A stretch of DNA of 64,000 nt from Octopus bimaculoides (lineage: Eukaryota), in NCBI RefSeq assembly GCF_001194135.2, contig NC_068984.1:25110142-25174141 (forward strand), written 5' to 3'. The first letter of the stretch is position 1. Each line of letters starts with the position of its first letter. The notes under the pieces were generated by a model, which was not told the DNA's origin, did no database searches, and saw only the letters and a list, made by a program, of their open reading frames with translations. Of this stretch, positions 37,263 through 51,892 are shown one piece after another. A program made the translations under genes and the position numbers.

Positions 37263-37880
37263 TAGGTGCAGGAGTGGCTGTATGATAAGTAGCTTGCTTA
37301 CCAGCCACATGGTTCTCAGTAGCTTGCTTACCAACCACTGCATAGTTCTTTGGGCAAGTGTCTTCTTCTATAGCCTTGGGCCGACCAAAGCCTTGTGAGT
37401 GGATTTGGCAGACGGAAACTGAAAGAAGCTCTATGTATTGTGTGTGTGTNNNNNNNNNNNNNNNNNNNNNNNNNNNNNNNNNNNNNNNNNNNNNNNNNNN
37501 NNNNNNNNNNNNNNNNNNNNNNNNNNNNNNNNNNNNNNNNNNNNNNNNNNNNNNNNNNNNNNNNNNNNNNNNNNNNNNNNNNNNNNNNNNNNNNNNNNNN
37601 NNNNNNNNNNNNNNNNNNNNNNNNNNNNNNNNNNNNNNNNNNNNNNNNNNNNNNNNNNNNNNNNNNNNNNNNNNNNNNNNNNNNNNNNNNNNNNNNNNNN
37701 NNNNNNNNNNNNNNNNNNNNNNNNNNNNNNNNNNNNNNNNNNNNNNNNNNNNNNNNNNNNNNNNNNNNNNNNNNNNNNNNNNNNNNNNNNNNNNNNNNNN
37801 NNNNNTTCTGGGGTCAATTTGTTCAACTAAAGGCAGTGCTCCAGCATGGCTGCAATCAATTGACTGAAACAAGTAAAAGA
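37263..37880 (+). mobile_element. SINE family B whose internal (GT)n coincides with a gap
   Basis: Head and CORE-like segment at 37263-37440, tail at 37806-37880, Ns at 37450-37805. Confidence 0.8.
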
Positions 37881-38277
37881 ATAACAGAATATATAAAACT
37901 GAGAATGTATCTGTCTGTCTGTATGTATGTATGTGTGCACTACTAAAACTCGAGAACTACCCAACTGATTTCATTCAAATTTTACACATGCCTTACTTAG
38001 GGCCCATGCAGTGTCATGGACCAAAAATTTTTTCAACTTCTTGCCTAATGCGAGCCTGGAGCAATCTCTTATACCTTATTTCATTATTACATGTCAAAAG
38101 TGAAACCATAACATCTGTATTGTAATGTGAGATACTTTCAGTTTAATAGTGTCACTATTAATACTGAAACTATTATCTCATATATATCTCACATACATAC
38201 ATGCATGTATGTAGATAGATAAACTTACTTGGAAATGGATGCATGGTGTTCAATCATATATATGTATATATATATAT

Positions 38278-38608
38278 ATGGATGTGTAATGTCAATGTGA
38301 ATACCCGTCAGAGTGTAAGTATCTTGAGAGAAAAGCTGAACATTAGAAGCATCAGTTGTGGTGTGCAAGAGAGACAATTGCGCTGGTATGGACATGTGGT
38401 GAGAATGGATGAGGATAGCTGCGTGAAAAAGTGCCACACCCTAACAGTTGAGGGAACCCGTGGAAGAGGTAGGCCCAGGAAGACCTGGGCTGAGGTGGTG
38501 AGGCAAGACCTACGTACATTGGGCCTCACCGAGGCGATGACTACTGACCGAGACCTTTGGAAATGTGCTGTGTGTGAGAAGACCCGGCAAGCCAAGTAAG
38601 ATCGTTGC
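38278..38608 (+). mobile_element. Young 5'-truncated RTE LINE
   Basis: WMCNVNVNTRQSVSILREKLNIRSISCGVQERQLRWYGHVVRM...; near-identical to 1995-2329; runs into a gap. Confidence 0.9.
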
Positions 38609-41600
38609 NNNNNNNNNNNNNNNNNNNNNNNNNNNNNNNNNNNNNNNNNNNNNNNNNNNNNNNNNNNNNNNNNNNNNNNNNNNNNNNNNNNNNNNNNNNN
38701 NNNNNNNNNNNNNNNNNNNNNNNNNNNNNNNNNNNNNNNNNNNNNNNNNNNNNNNNNNNNNNNNNNNNNNNNNNNNNNNNNNNNNNNNNNNNNNNNNNNN
38801 NNNNNNNNNNNNNNNNNNNNNNNNNNNNNNNNNNNNNNNNNNNNNNNNNNNNNNNNNNNNNNNNNNNNNNNNNNNNNNNNNNNNNNNNNNNNNNNNNNNN
38901 NNNNNNNNNNNNNNNNNNNNNNNNNNNNNNNNNNNNNNNNNNNNNNNNNNNNNNNNNNNNNNNNNNNNNNNNNNNNNNNNNNNNNNNNNNNNNNNNNNNN
39001 NNNNNNNNNNNNNNNNNNNNNNNNNNNNNNNNNNNNNNNNNNNNNNNNNNNNNNNNNNNNNNNNNNNNNNNNNNNNNNNNNNNNNNNNNNNNNNNNNNNN
39101 NNNNNNNNNNNNNNNNNNNNNNNNNNNNNNNNNNNNNNNNNNNNNNNNNNNNNNNNNNNNNNNNNNNNNNNNNNNNNNNNNNNNNNNNNNNNNNNNNNNN
39201 NNNNNNNNNNNNNNNNNNNNNNNNNNNNNNNNNNNNNNNNNNNNNNNNNNNNNNNNNNNNNNNNNNNNNNNNNNNNNNNNNNNNNNNNNNNNNNNNNNNN
39301 NNNNNNNNNNNNNNNNNNNNNNNNNNNNNNNNNNNNNNNNNNNNNNNNATATATATATATATATATATACTTCTATATACAAATGCAGTAGCTAAAACTA
39401 ATGACTTTATAATTTCTCAGACCATTAACCTCACCTTTAGGCTGTATATTTGCAGCAGTTTACATCAGCATCATTTTTCTATCAGTTAGATCTTTGATTC
39501 GCATCAAGTATTTTATTCCTGGTTGTGTACATTTTACCAGGCAGGATTCAAACTAAGAACTCTTATTTCTCAACCAACAGTTCGTCTACTAGGACATTCA
39601 TTCTTAATGATGGTGATCAGAGATGATATTGATTGAAACATAATGTAGATGTAAATATTATGTGTACATACTAAAAATGAGGATAACAGTGTGGAAAATA
39701 ATATTTTTATTAACAATATCTCTTCTCAGATATTTAGGTATTTGTTTATAGTCAAAGATTAAGAGTTTTGCTAGGGGACTCATGGCACTGCTTTTGAAAA
39801 TATTTCTTTGTTCATGTAAAGGAGATTCCACCAGGTCTCATTTTTATTAGCATGTGGTTATATGTATCTGGACAATTATGATATACTAGCCAATGTTGTA
39901 CTAATTTATTTGTAGATCTGACTCTAGAGAAGGAAGAAATAAGTGAATGTGTTACAGTAATACATTTATCTCTCCTTTGATTGCTCTATGTACGCATAGC
40001 ACTAAAGTATACTTTTCTACTAAAGTAAGACAAAACTCCACATCATTCTCATGTACATAGTTCAATAATGAAATTATAATTGATCCAATATTGATTTTTC
40101 ACATTGTCATAAACTTACAAATGTGTAAAGGATGATTACATAACCAATTAGATCAACTCCAGTAATTACCTTGTTATTATAGTATTGACAAATGAATGGT
40201 AAAAGATTAAATCAACTTTGGTAAAATTGGAAATTAGAATGTAGAAAGATGAAACTAAAGAATCTATTGTGGTGCTCTAACATGTCTCCTACTCCACAAC
40301 TTCACAAAAGAAACTCAGTATGAACCAAAGAGAGAGTCTCAACATTGTCAATAAACCTACTTAAAACAACAGCCAAATTTTCTATCAAATCACACACTAC
40401 TGTCTTAAAAGGAGGAGAGCACTTTGGATTGAGTAGTCCTAGGTGCACACTGACTGGCAAAACAGATGGCATATTCATGGCTCAAACACTTTTGATTATT
40501 GATCTTTCAGTTAGGATTCACTTGGAGCTAAATAAGACACATAGTGAGGAAACCTTTACATGTCACTTGACCTTTCAGAAATAGTAGCTAAATATATCTT
40601 AATTCATACTCCAACATCTAAAAAGAAGACCAAATCATGCTGGAATGTCTTTCATCATTGGTTTGTTTAATGAGAACTAATTTAAGTCTTAACATCATTA
40701 ACAACAAACTATAAATAACAGATAAATATCCTTCATCCATCATGAAGAAAAGGAAGAATCAATTGGAATCTAGAATATTTCATACCTAGAAAAAAAAAGA
40801 AGACAAGAGAGCTATGACTTGAACACCCTTGGTCAAAAGTCTGCTTTATCAAAGCTGACCTGGAGTTAAGCCTCAACTACAACAACAATAGGAATTAAGT
40901 CAATAAATCCTAGGTCAGTATTCTCAGATATTGATTTCGTTAGAAGAAAGTTATTTGAATTGATCATAATTTAGTAATGAGACATATTTAATTAACCGAC
41001 CCTACTAAATGATCCCAGGGTGTTCAATGTTGAAATCAACTTCAACAGGATCTGAAGACAAAACTAAAGATGTACTCTTGTTTCTACCAAGCTGATCTGC
41101 TTCAAATGACAATCAAATCTTCCTCATATTACACTCTACTGTCACATGAAATAAAGAAGCCACTATGTGATCACTTGCCAGAAAAATTAGAAATTAGCCA
41201 AATATCTACCAACTTTCATTCCAACACACTGAAAAAAAGAAAGATGATTTGATAATATGGCGTTGTCCAAGATACACAATCTTTCAAAACAAGATGTTTT
41301 CACACATTGAATGTCTTTGATCACAGGTCTGCTTGAACCATGCTGAAATGAGCTTTAAACCAACAACAATCGATATCTTGGATCAATCTTAAACATTCTT
41401 TTCTTCCTTTGTTAATATTTCTAAACATTTTTTAAAATTTTTGTTTACATTTGTTGTTGTTACAAATAATTATTCAAGCTTTAAAGCAGATGAGAGACAA
41501 TTATCCTCCTGAATGTTTCCAATCCATTGTAGAATTTCTCCACTGGAGGATTTCAGATGTGCATTGCTTACATATTAAAACATTTCCCATTCACATAATA

Positions 41601-43009
41601 CTCCTGCTTCCAACAGTTGTACTTTGACAGCTCACGAGACACATCATCACCATCAGCATCATCAGTTTAACATGTTAGCATCCAGTTTTCCATACTTGCA
41701 TGGATCAGATGGAATTTATTGAAGCAGGTCTTCCATGACCAAATGCCCTTCTTGTTGCCAACATTCACCTGTTTCCAAATCAAGTAATATTTCTCCTTCA
41801 CTGGACATGTTTTCACAGAGGACTGGAAATGAATGATAGTGCACACATACACTCACATACAAGTGTGTCCATGTATATGATGGGTTTCTACACAATTTCC
41901 ATCTAATCATGAGTACAACACCTTAACCACTGGGCCATGTGCCTTCACAAGGAAAAGAGAAAGTAAATAAATAAAAGATAAAAGATAATCATTAGAGTAT
42001 CAACAATGCTTTGGGGTTTTTAGTTGTGGCTCTTTACATTTTAAGTACAAATCCAGCTTAGACCAATTTCACCTTTCATCCTTCTGGTGTCTATAAAATA
42101 AAGTACCAGTCAAGTACTGGGGATAATGTAATCACCCATTCCCCTCCTTCCAAAATTTCTGGCCTTATACCTTCATTAGAAACAATAAATTAGTCATTTA
42201 GTCAGAAAATATGCAGTTCCTGTGACTTGTGCAAATCATTCCAGACTGGTTCTATTCAGCAATATAATGATGGAAGGAGTGTAGTGTTAGTGTAATCCAT
42301 AGATAAAACCATTTCTAAGGCTTTAAGAAGCCATCTAGGATCCAAGAGAAACGAGAAAGTATAGTTTATAAAAGCATTTCATCAAAACAAACAAAAAAAA
42401 ATTAGAATGCCATGTTCTTTTAATGGAATTTTAGTGTTTTGCTTTGTTTTGCTTCATGGCAAAGTAGTTTTAGACAGTTGTCGGATTGAATGAGAAACCA
42501 AATGACAAGTTAATGGAATGGTAAGAATTAACAGTAATGAAGTTAAGTTTGATATAAAATGTAAAGCTTTCAGGAAATGTTGAATGAGTGATATTTCAAA
42601 CATGTCCAATTGTTACCATCACTGAAAAACTCCAGTATCTAAAATGACATTCTACTAAAAGGAAACCATTCATAAAACAAGGAAAGACGAAAGGAAATTG
42701 ATTATATTTTATTACTGCAATGGGTCTCATAATATGCAAAGGATGTAACCACTGAAATTATCTCTCAGTAAATCCCGCCTACATATCTATGCAATACATA
42801 TACTGAATATCAGACTTTGATGCAAATATATAAACTGCAATACAAATTATATATGATTATTTTATTTACTCTTTATAATGTTAGCTGCCATTTGCAAACT
42901 GAACATGACTGTCTTTCAGCTGGATGTGTGGAATGGGTATATGCACAACACTTTAATGATAAAAGCTGCAGTACAAACAGTAACTGAATTACAGCGTAAC
43001 ATCAAGAAT

Positions 43010-43292
43010 ACAAGAGAGGAACTGATGGTCTGTATTAGTCTGTTAAGAGCCCAAGGACTCAAAAGGATAGGATCTTTCTTGAGTCATATAGACTCATAGG
43101 GCTGGTTGCCTGGTTTCTGTGAAGCATTCCCCATTGGATGGGACACTGGTCCATCACAGGATTACTAATTTTCGCCAGTTGAGTGGACTTGAGCAATGTG
43201 AAATGAAGTGTTTTGCTCAAGAACACAACACATCCAGGGATCGAAACCACAATCTTTTGATCATGAGTCCAATACCCTAACCACTAAGCCAT
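43010..43292 (-). mobile_element. tRNA-derived SINE, family D-like
   Basis: Minus strand TGGCTTAGTGGTTAGGG A box, GGTTTCGATCC B box, TTGAGCAAAACACTTCATTTCACATTGCTC body. Confidence 0.75.
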
Positions 43293-43911
43293 ACACCTCC
43301 ACTTGGATTTATAAAGCTAAAGCTTAAACCAGATAATTTTCTATGGTTTATAAGTGACTGAGATTATAACACTCTCCACTGAACAGGATGCTGGTTCATC
43401 ATGAGGTTAACTTTCTAGCTAATACTGAAACTCATTTACAACTGAGTAGACTGGAGTAATGTGTTAATGAAATTCTATGCTCAAGAACACAACAGACTGC
43501 CCCATCTGGGAATTGAAACTGCAACCTCATAATTGTGAATACAACACCTTAATCACCAGGGCAGGGTGATTAGTTTTACTCTGTAATAAATTACATCTAT
43601 GACCCAAGTCATTTGTTTATACACACACGGACACACACACACACACATGCACACACACACATATGAAGCCAGCTAATTAGAGTGTTTTTAATGAGAATTT
43701 TTTCTTTTTACTTTTTTGGGTGTGTGTGGGTGTTTATGAATGCGTGTGGGTGTGTGGGTGTATCTACTCGTTATAAAAAATGGGGAAGTACTCAATACAA
43801 TAGTAGAATATATTTCTGATGTTCCAGTGACTTGTTATTTTGAAGTTTTTATAACCTGTTCTCATTTCCTAAAACAGAAGAAGACAGTTAGGAAAATTCC
43901 AAACAGGCCAC

Positions 43912-43996
43912 CTGATTACATGGAGGAATGGTGTTTATCACCAATTTGGATGAAAACACCAAAATGGAGAGGAACTCCATTCCTCCATGTGATCAG
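43912..43996. other. 20-bp inverted repeat enclosing two smaller hairpins
   Basis: CTGATTACATGGAGGAATGG / CCATTCCTCCATGTGATCAG (one G-U); inner GGTGTTT/AAACACC and AATGGAG/CTCCATT stems. Confidence 0.8.
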
Positions 43997-46089
43997 CTTG
44001 AAAAATTGCTAAGATATTAAGATATTCTTCTTAACATGAAACCAATGGTAGCCTTAATACACAAATATATATATATATATATATATAAGTGGCACTCCGT
44101 CATCTATGATGATGAGGGTTCCAGTTGATCCAATCAACAGAACAGCCTGCTCATGAAATTAATGTACAAGTGGCTGAGCACTCCACAGACACATGTAGCT
44201 TTAACATAGTTCTCGGGGAGAATCTCATTGAAGTGCTTTATTCAATCTTCTATCAATGCACTATACACCTGCTCCAACAGAACAACTGAGGTTAATTGGC
44301 AATTACATCTATCCATATGTGCTTAAAATAGTTTAGAAGCAATTCTCAAAAAGCATATAACAAGTCAAGTCTTTCTTTGATGTTAATATCTTATAATAGC
44401 ATTGTATTTGTCACGATAATTGTAACAGTCTTAATTTTTTAATAACCTTAAACTATGGAATGATATTGAAGACATAATCAAAATATTTAACTCACTGAAA
44501 CATTAGTATAAACATCTATAAATTTATGCATCATCATCATCATCATCGTCGTCATTTAACGTCCGCTTTCCATGCTAGCATGGGTTGGACGATTTGACTG
44601 AGGACTGGTGAAACCAGATGGCTACACCAGGCTCCAATTTGATTTGGCAGAGTTCCTACAGCTGGATGCCCTTCAAAATAGAAATAAAAACATTTATAAT
44701 ACATGGAACTTCCATGGGTTCCACTTGTTAAATATTATTTGTCTAAATTTGTCTCAACACTCTGTTGTTTTAAATAAGACAATAATAAATTAGATTGTGT
44801 AATCCTAGATATTTTTAGTAAAATAGTATAGTCATGGGTAAAATGCCTTTGATTATAAGTCTGGTCAGTCAGAGATGACCAAGGGTTAAGCAACAACAAA
44901 CTTCCATTGGATGCTACATCTCTCGGCTACCAACATCCTTTTCACAACACTGAATACTACATCTCTCACCCATTAGCAGCTAATTACCTTTCCACAAAGA
45001 TTAAGTACAACATACCTTCAATTAGCAGCAATTCAAAAATCAATCTCTAAGAAACAGAAATATATCTTGGCTAATAATGAAAATGGAAAAATTTCTCAGC
45101 TAAAAAACAGAATAATTATGAATTAATCATTTATTGCCATTTTATAATTGATAGTTAAAATGTTATGGAAACACTCTAACTATGCTGTGATTGGGTGATG
45201 GTCATTCACTTACAAGGAGAGAAAGGTTGTATGTTTGAGAGAGAGGTGAGACATTAATAAACAGTGGAACATATTTTGTAAAAGTTATATAAAATCAAAC
45301 CATTAAAGGCTGAAAAATTAGATTTTCGTGAAGTGCAACATATATATGTGAGAGATTCGTTTTGAGCATGATATCATGACAGATGGAAAATATTATATGT
45401 GAAATGGAATATTCAAGTTATACAGAAATGAAGAAGATTCATGACAGAAAGAAACCTATGTTGGAATTTGAATGTTTCTATATTAAAAGAATCTGAGTTA
45501 AGTGATGCAAGATATTTAAGTGGGTGAAATTATTACTTTAATCCTTCTAATATCAAAAAAGATAAAGTACAATCAAATGATCATTACTATCATCATCTAT
45601 CAAATCTGTGGCTGGTGCAAAATTCCAGCCAGAACAAGGGTAATGTTGTGGTTGAATAAGGAAGTAGGTGGAGCCATAAAAGCAAAGAGATAGGCTTGGA
45701 AGGTTTGGAAGAATGGGGTCAGCAGAGAACTTTACCATGTAGCTGGAAGAGAAGCTAAGAGGTTGGTCTCTTTAGTAAGGAGAAAAGGAGAAAAGAAGTT
45801 TGCCAATATTCTACAGCATGAGGACCAAAAGTAGTAAGGTGTTCCAGATTGCAAGGTAGTGTATTAGAAAAAATTGAGAGTTGTGTGTGTGGAATGATAA
45901 TGGCACACCTGCACTTAATGATTCTATAAAGACAGAGCCATGGAAATGCTATTATGCTAAGAGTTTGAATTCTGCCGGGGTCAACTTTTGGGATCAATAA
46001 AGTAAGTACCAGTTGAACACTGGGGTCAATGTAATTAACTAACTTCCTCTCTCCAAAATTTTGGACTTTGTGCCTATATCAAAAAAGAT

Positions 46090-48830
46090 TATGAAAGGCT
46101 ACTGAATGTGGTAAATGAATGGGAGAATGAGAATCTTCCTAATGTGAACTTAACAGAGAGTTCGACCGTTCTTGTTGTCAGCAGTGTTATAAATAAAGCA
46201 ATTAAGAAAATGAAGACTGGGAAAGCTCTGCTCCATCAGGAATTAACTCTGAAATGCTTAAAACATCTGGCAGAATAAGATATGGCCTGATCCTCTATAT
46301 AGTTAATCAGGTTGTTCAAGAAGGTATTATACTCAATGATTGGTATAACAACATAATAATCAATTGTTACAAGGGAAAGGAGATACCTTAGAGAGAAGTA
46401 ATTACAGCAGTATCAAATTACTGGACCAGGTTATGGAAGTTACTGAAAGAGTCATAGCCTAATTATTTAGAAAGAAAGTTAACCTAGATAATATGCAGTT
46501 TGGTTTCATGTTGGGAAGAAGCACTACTGTTGTTCTCTTTAATATTCAACAACTGTAGGAATATACAGCAAAAAGTAAACCACTCTATTTGGTGTTTATC
46601 AACTTAGAGATAGTCTTTGACAAAGTACCTCGCTCCATCATCTGGTAGTTGTGGAAGCTAGAAGTAGATGTAAAGTGATTAAGAGTTATTCTAGCCATGT
46701 ACAGCAATGCCATCAATAAAATGGAAATTAATGAGTACAGTGATTAATCTAGCATGCAAGTGAGAGGTCATCTCTTCTATGCTGATGCCCTTGCTCTTGT
46801 AGCTAAAATAGTAGTAGTGAAATTCCTGGTGTAGAAGCAAAACCCTGAATTAAAGTTAGCAAAGGCCAAAGTTCTAATTTGCAGGGAAATAGACAGGACA
46901 CTAATTCCTTTGGGTAAGTGGCCCTGTTCTATATGTAGACAAGGTGTAGGTAGAAATTTCATGCAGTGTACTCCATGCAAACTATGGATACGTGAGAGGT
47001 GCATTGGAATCATGTAGCTGTGTGGTAAGAGGTTTGCTTCCCAACCACATGGTTCTAGGTTCAGTCCTGCTGCATGGCACCATAGGCAACTATCTTCCAC
47101 TATAGCCTTGGGATGACCAAAGCTTTGTGAGTAGATTTGGTAGACAGAAATTGAAAGAGGCTCATCGCACGTGTGTGTGTGTGTGTGTGCATGTGTGCGC
47201 GCATGCATGTATGTGTGTCTATCTATTTGCGTTTATCCCCCATTGCTGCTTGACAACCATTATTTGTGTGTTTACATCCCCATAACTTAGCTGCAAAAGA
47301 GACTGATAGAATATGTACCAGGCTTAAAAAAATAAATAAGTCATGGGATTGTTTCATTTGACAAAAGATTCTTTACAGCAGTACCCCAGCATGGTCACAG
47401 TCCAATAACTGAAACAAGTAAAAGACAAAAGAAAAAAAGAAAAGAGAAAGTAGAATTTGTCTGTGGAAGATGTGCAGAAGCAATAAATAATAAGAGCACA
47501 TAGGGAATAGATATTCTGGAATGCCCAGGAAGCTCTCTAAAAGTTGTAGATAGTTTCTTTTTATCTAGCTGACCTAATTAGCAGAGGAGGAGGATGCTCT
47601 GAATGTATAGTTACTAGAATGAGAATTGGATGAAGCAAGTTCAAAGAACATTTACGTCTGTTGATAACAAAAGACCTCTCACTTGGAATGGAAAGCAAAT
47701 TGTATATGAGCAGCAATGTTACATGGTTGTGAAATTTGGGCTGTGAAAGCAGAGGACATTGTGAAGATTGGAAAGAAATTAAACTAGTATGTTCTGATCG
47801 ATGTATAATGACAGTGTGCATGCACAACAAATTACAAATGTACTGAGAGAAAAACGGAACATTAAGAGGTATTAGATGTGGTGTGCAGGAGAGAAGACTG
47901 TGCTGGTATGGTCATGTAATGCAGAAGGATGAGGACAGCTGTATAAAGAAGTGCCAATTACTAAATGTTGAAGGAGCCTGAGGAAAAGGAAGACTTTGGA
48001 AGATATGATGCAAAGTGATGAAGACTTACCTCAGGATGTTGAACCTCTCAAAGGAAATGATAGGGTACTGAGATAAATTTCAATATGCTGTGCTTGTGAA
48101 AACCTGTCCTTTGCAATAGAATTGAGGTTCTATCAAGCCTTCTTATCTTCTAACACCTATTCTTTCATCAATCTTCTGTGTTACCCCTCTCCTCCCTTCT
48201 GCTGAACTGATATCCTCTACGTCTAGCTCATTCCCTATTTCTCATTGTCTGTCACACTATTCTCACCCACTGCACTTACCTACTCATCCACCTTTTCTGC
48301 TCCTCTATCCCATTCTGTCTCTCGTAGTCACTTTGTACTCTGATCTCACACACATCTCTCTCTCTCTCCCTCTCTCTCTCTCCATCTCTCTCTCTCTCTC
48401 CATCTCTCTCTCTCTCCCTCTCTCTCTCTCCCTCTCTCTCTCTCCCCTCTCTCTCTCTCTCCCCTCTCTCCATCTTCCTCTCTTTTCCTCTCTCTCCATA
48501 TGGGCTAGCTATGTATTTACCTTTCTAGCAAGACACTTGCTCTTGTCCCTCTATCCTTGTTTCTTATCCCTCAATTCTAAACCCCACTCAGTTGATGGGT
48601 CTTATTTTGAGAGTACTTGGTGGCCTCAAAAGTGCTGGTTCCACATTAAAAACACCCAGTACACTTTGTAAAGTGGTTGGTGTTAAGAAGGACATCCAGC
48701 TGTAGAAGCCATGCCAAAGCAGACACTGAAACTTGGTGCAATCCACTGACTTGTCTGTTCATGTCAAACCATCCAGCTCATGCCAGTATGGAAACAGGGG
48801 TGTTTAATGATGATGATGATGATAATGATG
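46090..48830 (+). mobile_element. Old ~2.3-kb RTE LINE (RT, PHD-like finger, C-terminus, pyrimidine UTR, (GAT)n tail) split by a SINE
   Basis: MQFGFMLGRSTT near 46493; LFYADALAL (YADD-equivalent at 46778-46789); GKWPCSICRQGVGRNFMQCTPCKLWIRERC; after the SINE, VVDSFFYL.D...GGGCSE...; family C tail. Confidence 0.85.
47013..47435 (+). mobile_element. SINE family B inserted in the RTE LINE
   Basis: GCTGTGTGGTAAGAGGTTTGCTTCCCAACC head through CTGAAACAAGTAAAAG tail; LINE sequence resumes after it. Confidence 0.85.
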
Positions 48831-51544
48831 ATATACAATGGGATTCTTTCAGCTTCCACTACAAAATCCACTAACAAGACTTTGGTCAGCCTAGGGTTAT
48901 AGTAGAAGTCAAATGCTCATGGTGCCATGCAGCAGGACTGAACCCCAAACCAAGTGGTTGCAATGCAAACTTCTTAACCACACAAACACGTCTGCACCTA
49001 TAACTACACTTGCACTTACACCACACTTGTACCTATTGTATACTGAAAATAATAATAATAATAATTTTAGTTTGTGCCTAATACTTTTTTATCTTCAGCA
49101 ATTATGGAAAACAGGTTCAAACAAGCCACTTATTTGGAATCTTCAGTAGAAGTGTAATCCAGCTGTGGCCATCAAGCTGATAATGATTGAACCACCGAGT
49201 AAATACACAGAATTGTACATTTGTTTATGGAGATAAAGAGTATTCTTTAAAACTTAATTCTTTGACACCATTTACGTGAAATGACAAAGAATTTTTAATA
49301 ACTAAAAACATGAATAGTGAGACACACTTAAACAATCATGGGTGTGGAAAAGTTCTGGTGACTGAGTCAACTGCTGTTTTTATTCATTCATTATTGGATT
49401 CCCTTTGTTGTTTGGGTTATTTCAGAAGTAACACAAAGAATAAAGAGGACTGCATAAAATGTCAAGATTTAATATAAAGTCTATTGTAGATCTTTAAAGA
49501 AGTGATTGTGAGTAAAATATTACATCTGTTTCCCACTGTAGTTTATAGGATTTAACGTCTACTGATCTGTGAGGTCGATGCCAGTGTCGCTGGACTGGCT
49601 CCCGTGCAGATGGTAAGTAAAAAACACCTTTTTGAGTGTGGCTGTTGCCAGTACCGTGTGACTGGCCCTCGTTTACACCACCTGTCTTCGTCTGTTGTTT
49701 TTTCATAAATTCTCCCATATATATCTTAATATATAAAACAGAGTTTGTGCGTGTGTGTGTGTGTGTGTGTGCATATACTCCTTATTGATTATAAAACCGA
49801 GTTGCCAATTTTGACATACGAGGTATCAAAATATTCAGTAATCTTTTGGCTACCAAATAAAGTATGTTTTTTGCACAACTCTTTTTTACTACAAAAATAA
49901 CCTCAAAAATGAGATCTGGTCACACAGTTTTGAGGTCTTTAGCTAAGGGAGGCAACTCTGCCTGACACAATACACGATTTAATAATGAATGTAAACGTGC
50001 ACACACACATACACATAAGGTGCAAGAATGACTGTGTGGTTCAGTCCCTCTGCATGATACCTTGGGCAAGTGTTTTCTACTATAGCGCTAGGCCAACCAG
50101 AGACTTGTGACTGAATTTGGTAGATGGAAACTGCAGCGTTGTTCATCAGAAAATGACTGAAAAACATGTTTATAAAGAAGAGTTGTTTGCTTCATACTCC
50201 TTGCATACCAATTCTGCCCATAAGAAAGGAACAAATAATGCAATGTGGTTGTAGGTCATAACACCTGAGCAATGCTGGAGTGCATTGCTAGTATANNNNN
50301 NNNNNNNNNNNNNNNNNNNNNNNNNNNNNNNNNNNNNNNNNNNNNNNNNNNNNNNNNNNNNNNNNNNNNNNNNNNNNNNNNNNNNNNNNNNNNNNNNNNN
50401 NNNNNNNNNNNNNNNNNNNNNNNNNNNNNNNNNNNNNNNNNNNNNNNNNNNNNNNNNNNNNNNATATATATATATATATATACTTGTATGTATGTATGTA
50501 TTTATGTATGTATGTGCATATATTCATGTGTGTGTGTCTGTGTTTTCCCCCTTCTGCCATCACTTGACAACCGATGCTTGTGTGTTTATGTCCCTGTAAC
50601 TTAGCAGTTTGGCAAATGAGACCAATAGAATAAGCACTAGGCTTACAAAAAAAAAAGGTCCATGTGTTGATTTCTTCGACTATAACCCTTTAAGGCAGTA
50701 CTCCAGCACGACCGCATTCAAACAACTGAAACAAGTAAAGAAATAAAAGAATAAAGATATAAATTAATATAAATAATAGTTCTTTTTAATTTCTTTGTAT
50801 TGATAAGATATAAAACAATAAATGAAATATAATATATAGGTTTAATTTAGAAAATGTCGTTGTTTGAGAAATTAATATCATAAAACTACTACAAGTATAA
50901 AAACTAGGAAGCATATTAATATACTCACATATGCATTAATTTACACATACTTACATGCAAATGTATCAAGACAGATCAACAGTTACTTCAATAGAGATTA
51001 GTGTTAAAATGTCAGTACAACAACTCAGACTAAACAATAGGATGACAGGAATTATAGAGGTACACAGTTAAATAATACCAAATAGCAGACAGATTTATCA
51101 AAATAACTTCCAGCGGCTTTAAATTGCAATAATTATTTCATGTAGTTTGTCCTTTAACCTATTACTGTATTTGGATCAAATTGTTATTATTATTATTGTT
51201 GTTGTTACTGCTGAAAGCACTTGCACAAGATGATTTCTATGACCTAGTTTCACTTTTAGGTTAAACACCTGAGAGAAACATGAATGTCAAACAATTTCAT
51301 TGCTCTTTTTCCAAAAATTTAACAGGCTGTACATAGAAACGAAGTTACAGTTATTATTATGGTAAAGTAATGGCTAGTATATTTGATGTAGCAAGCTAAG
51401 ACATTTTAATTAATTAAAGTTACCCTCTCATTGATGAGTACATTCATTTTATAAATGAACAGATAAAGCAAAAAAATCAAAAACAGAGAATAACTCTGCA
51501 GTTTGCATTTAATTAAAATTAACAATTCTTTCAAATATAGGCAT

Positions 51545-51722
51545 GAGGCCTGAAATTTGGAGGGAAGGGCCAGTCGATTACATCAACTCCAGTGCTCAAC
51601 AGGTATTTATTTTTATCAACTCTGAAAAGGAGAAAAGTAAAGTCAACCTCTGCAGTATCTGAACTTAGAATGGAATGCTGGAAAAATGCCACTAAGCATT
51701 TTGTTCATCATGCTAACGATTT
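51545..51722 (-). mobile_element. SINE family A
   Basis: Reverse complement of the family A body. Confidence 0.75.
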
Positions 51723-51892
51723 TGTAACAATGAGTTTATTGTACACAGTGCTCAAGTACATGCACTACAACTCAGTGGAACAAGGTAAAAGAGAGGGCAG
51801 AAAGCAGCAGTAAGTCAAGTATAGAAAGATAGCAATGGAAGCTATGCACAGTGCACAGAATGAAATAAAAAAAACATAGAAATTTTCTTTTA

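Noticed and set aside
40990-41085. Minus-strand acceptor TTTTGTCTTCAG followed by a short open frame (DPVEVDFNIEHPGII*)
   Set aside because: Too short and no recognisable homology.
42878-43099. 73-aa ORF with a coiled-coil-like stretch
   Set aside because: Its 3' half runs into a SINE; no family motif.
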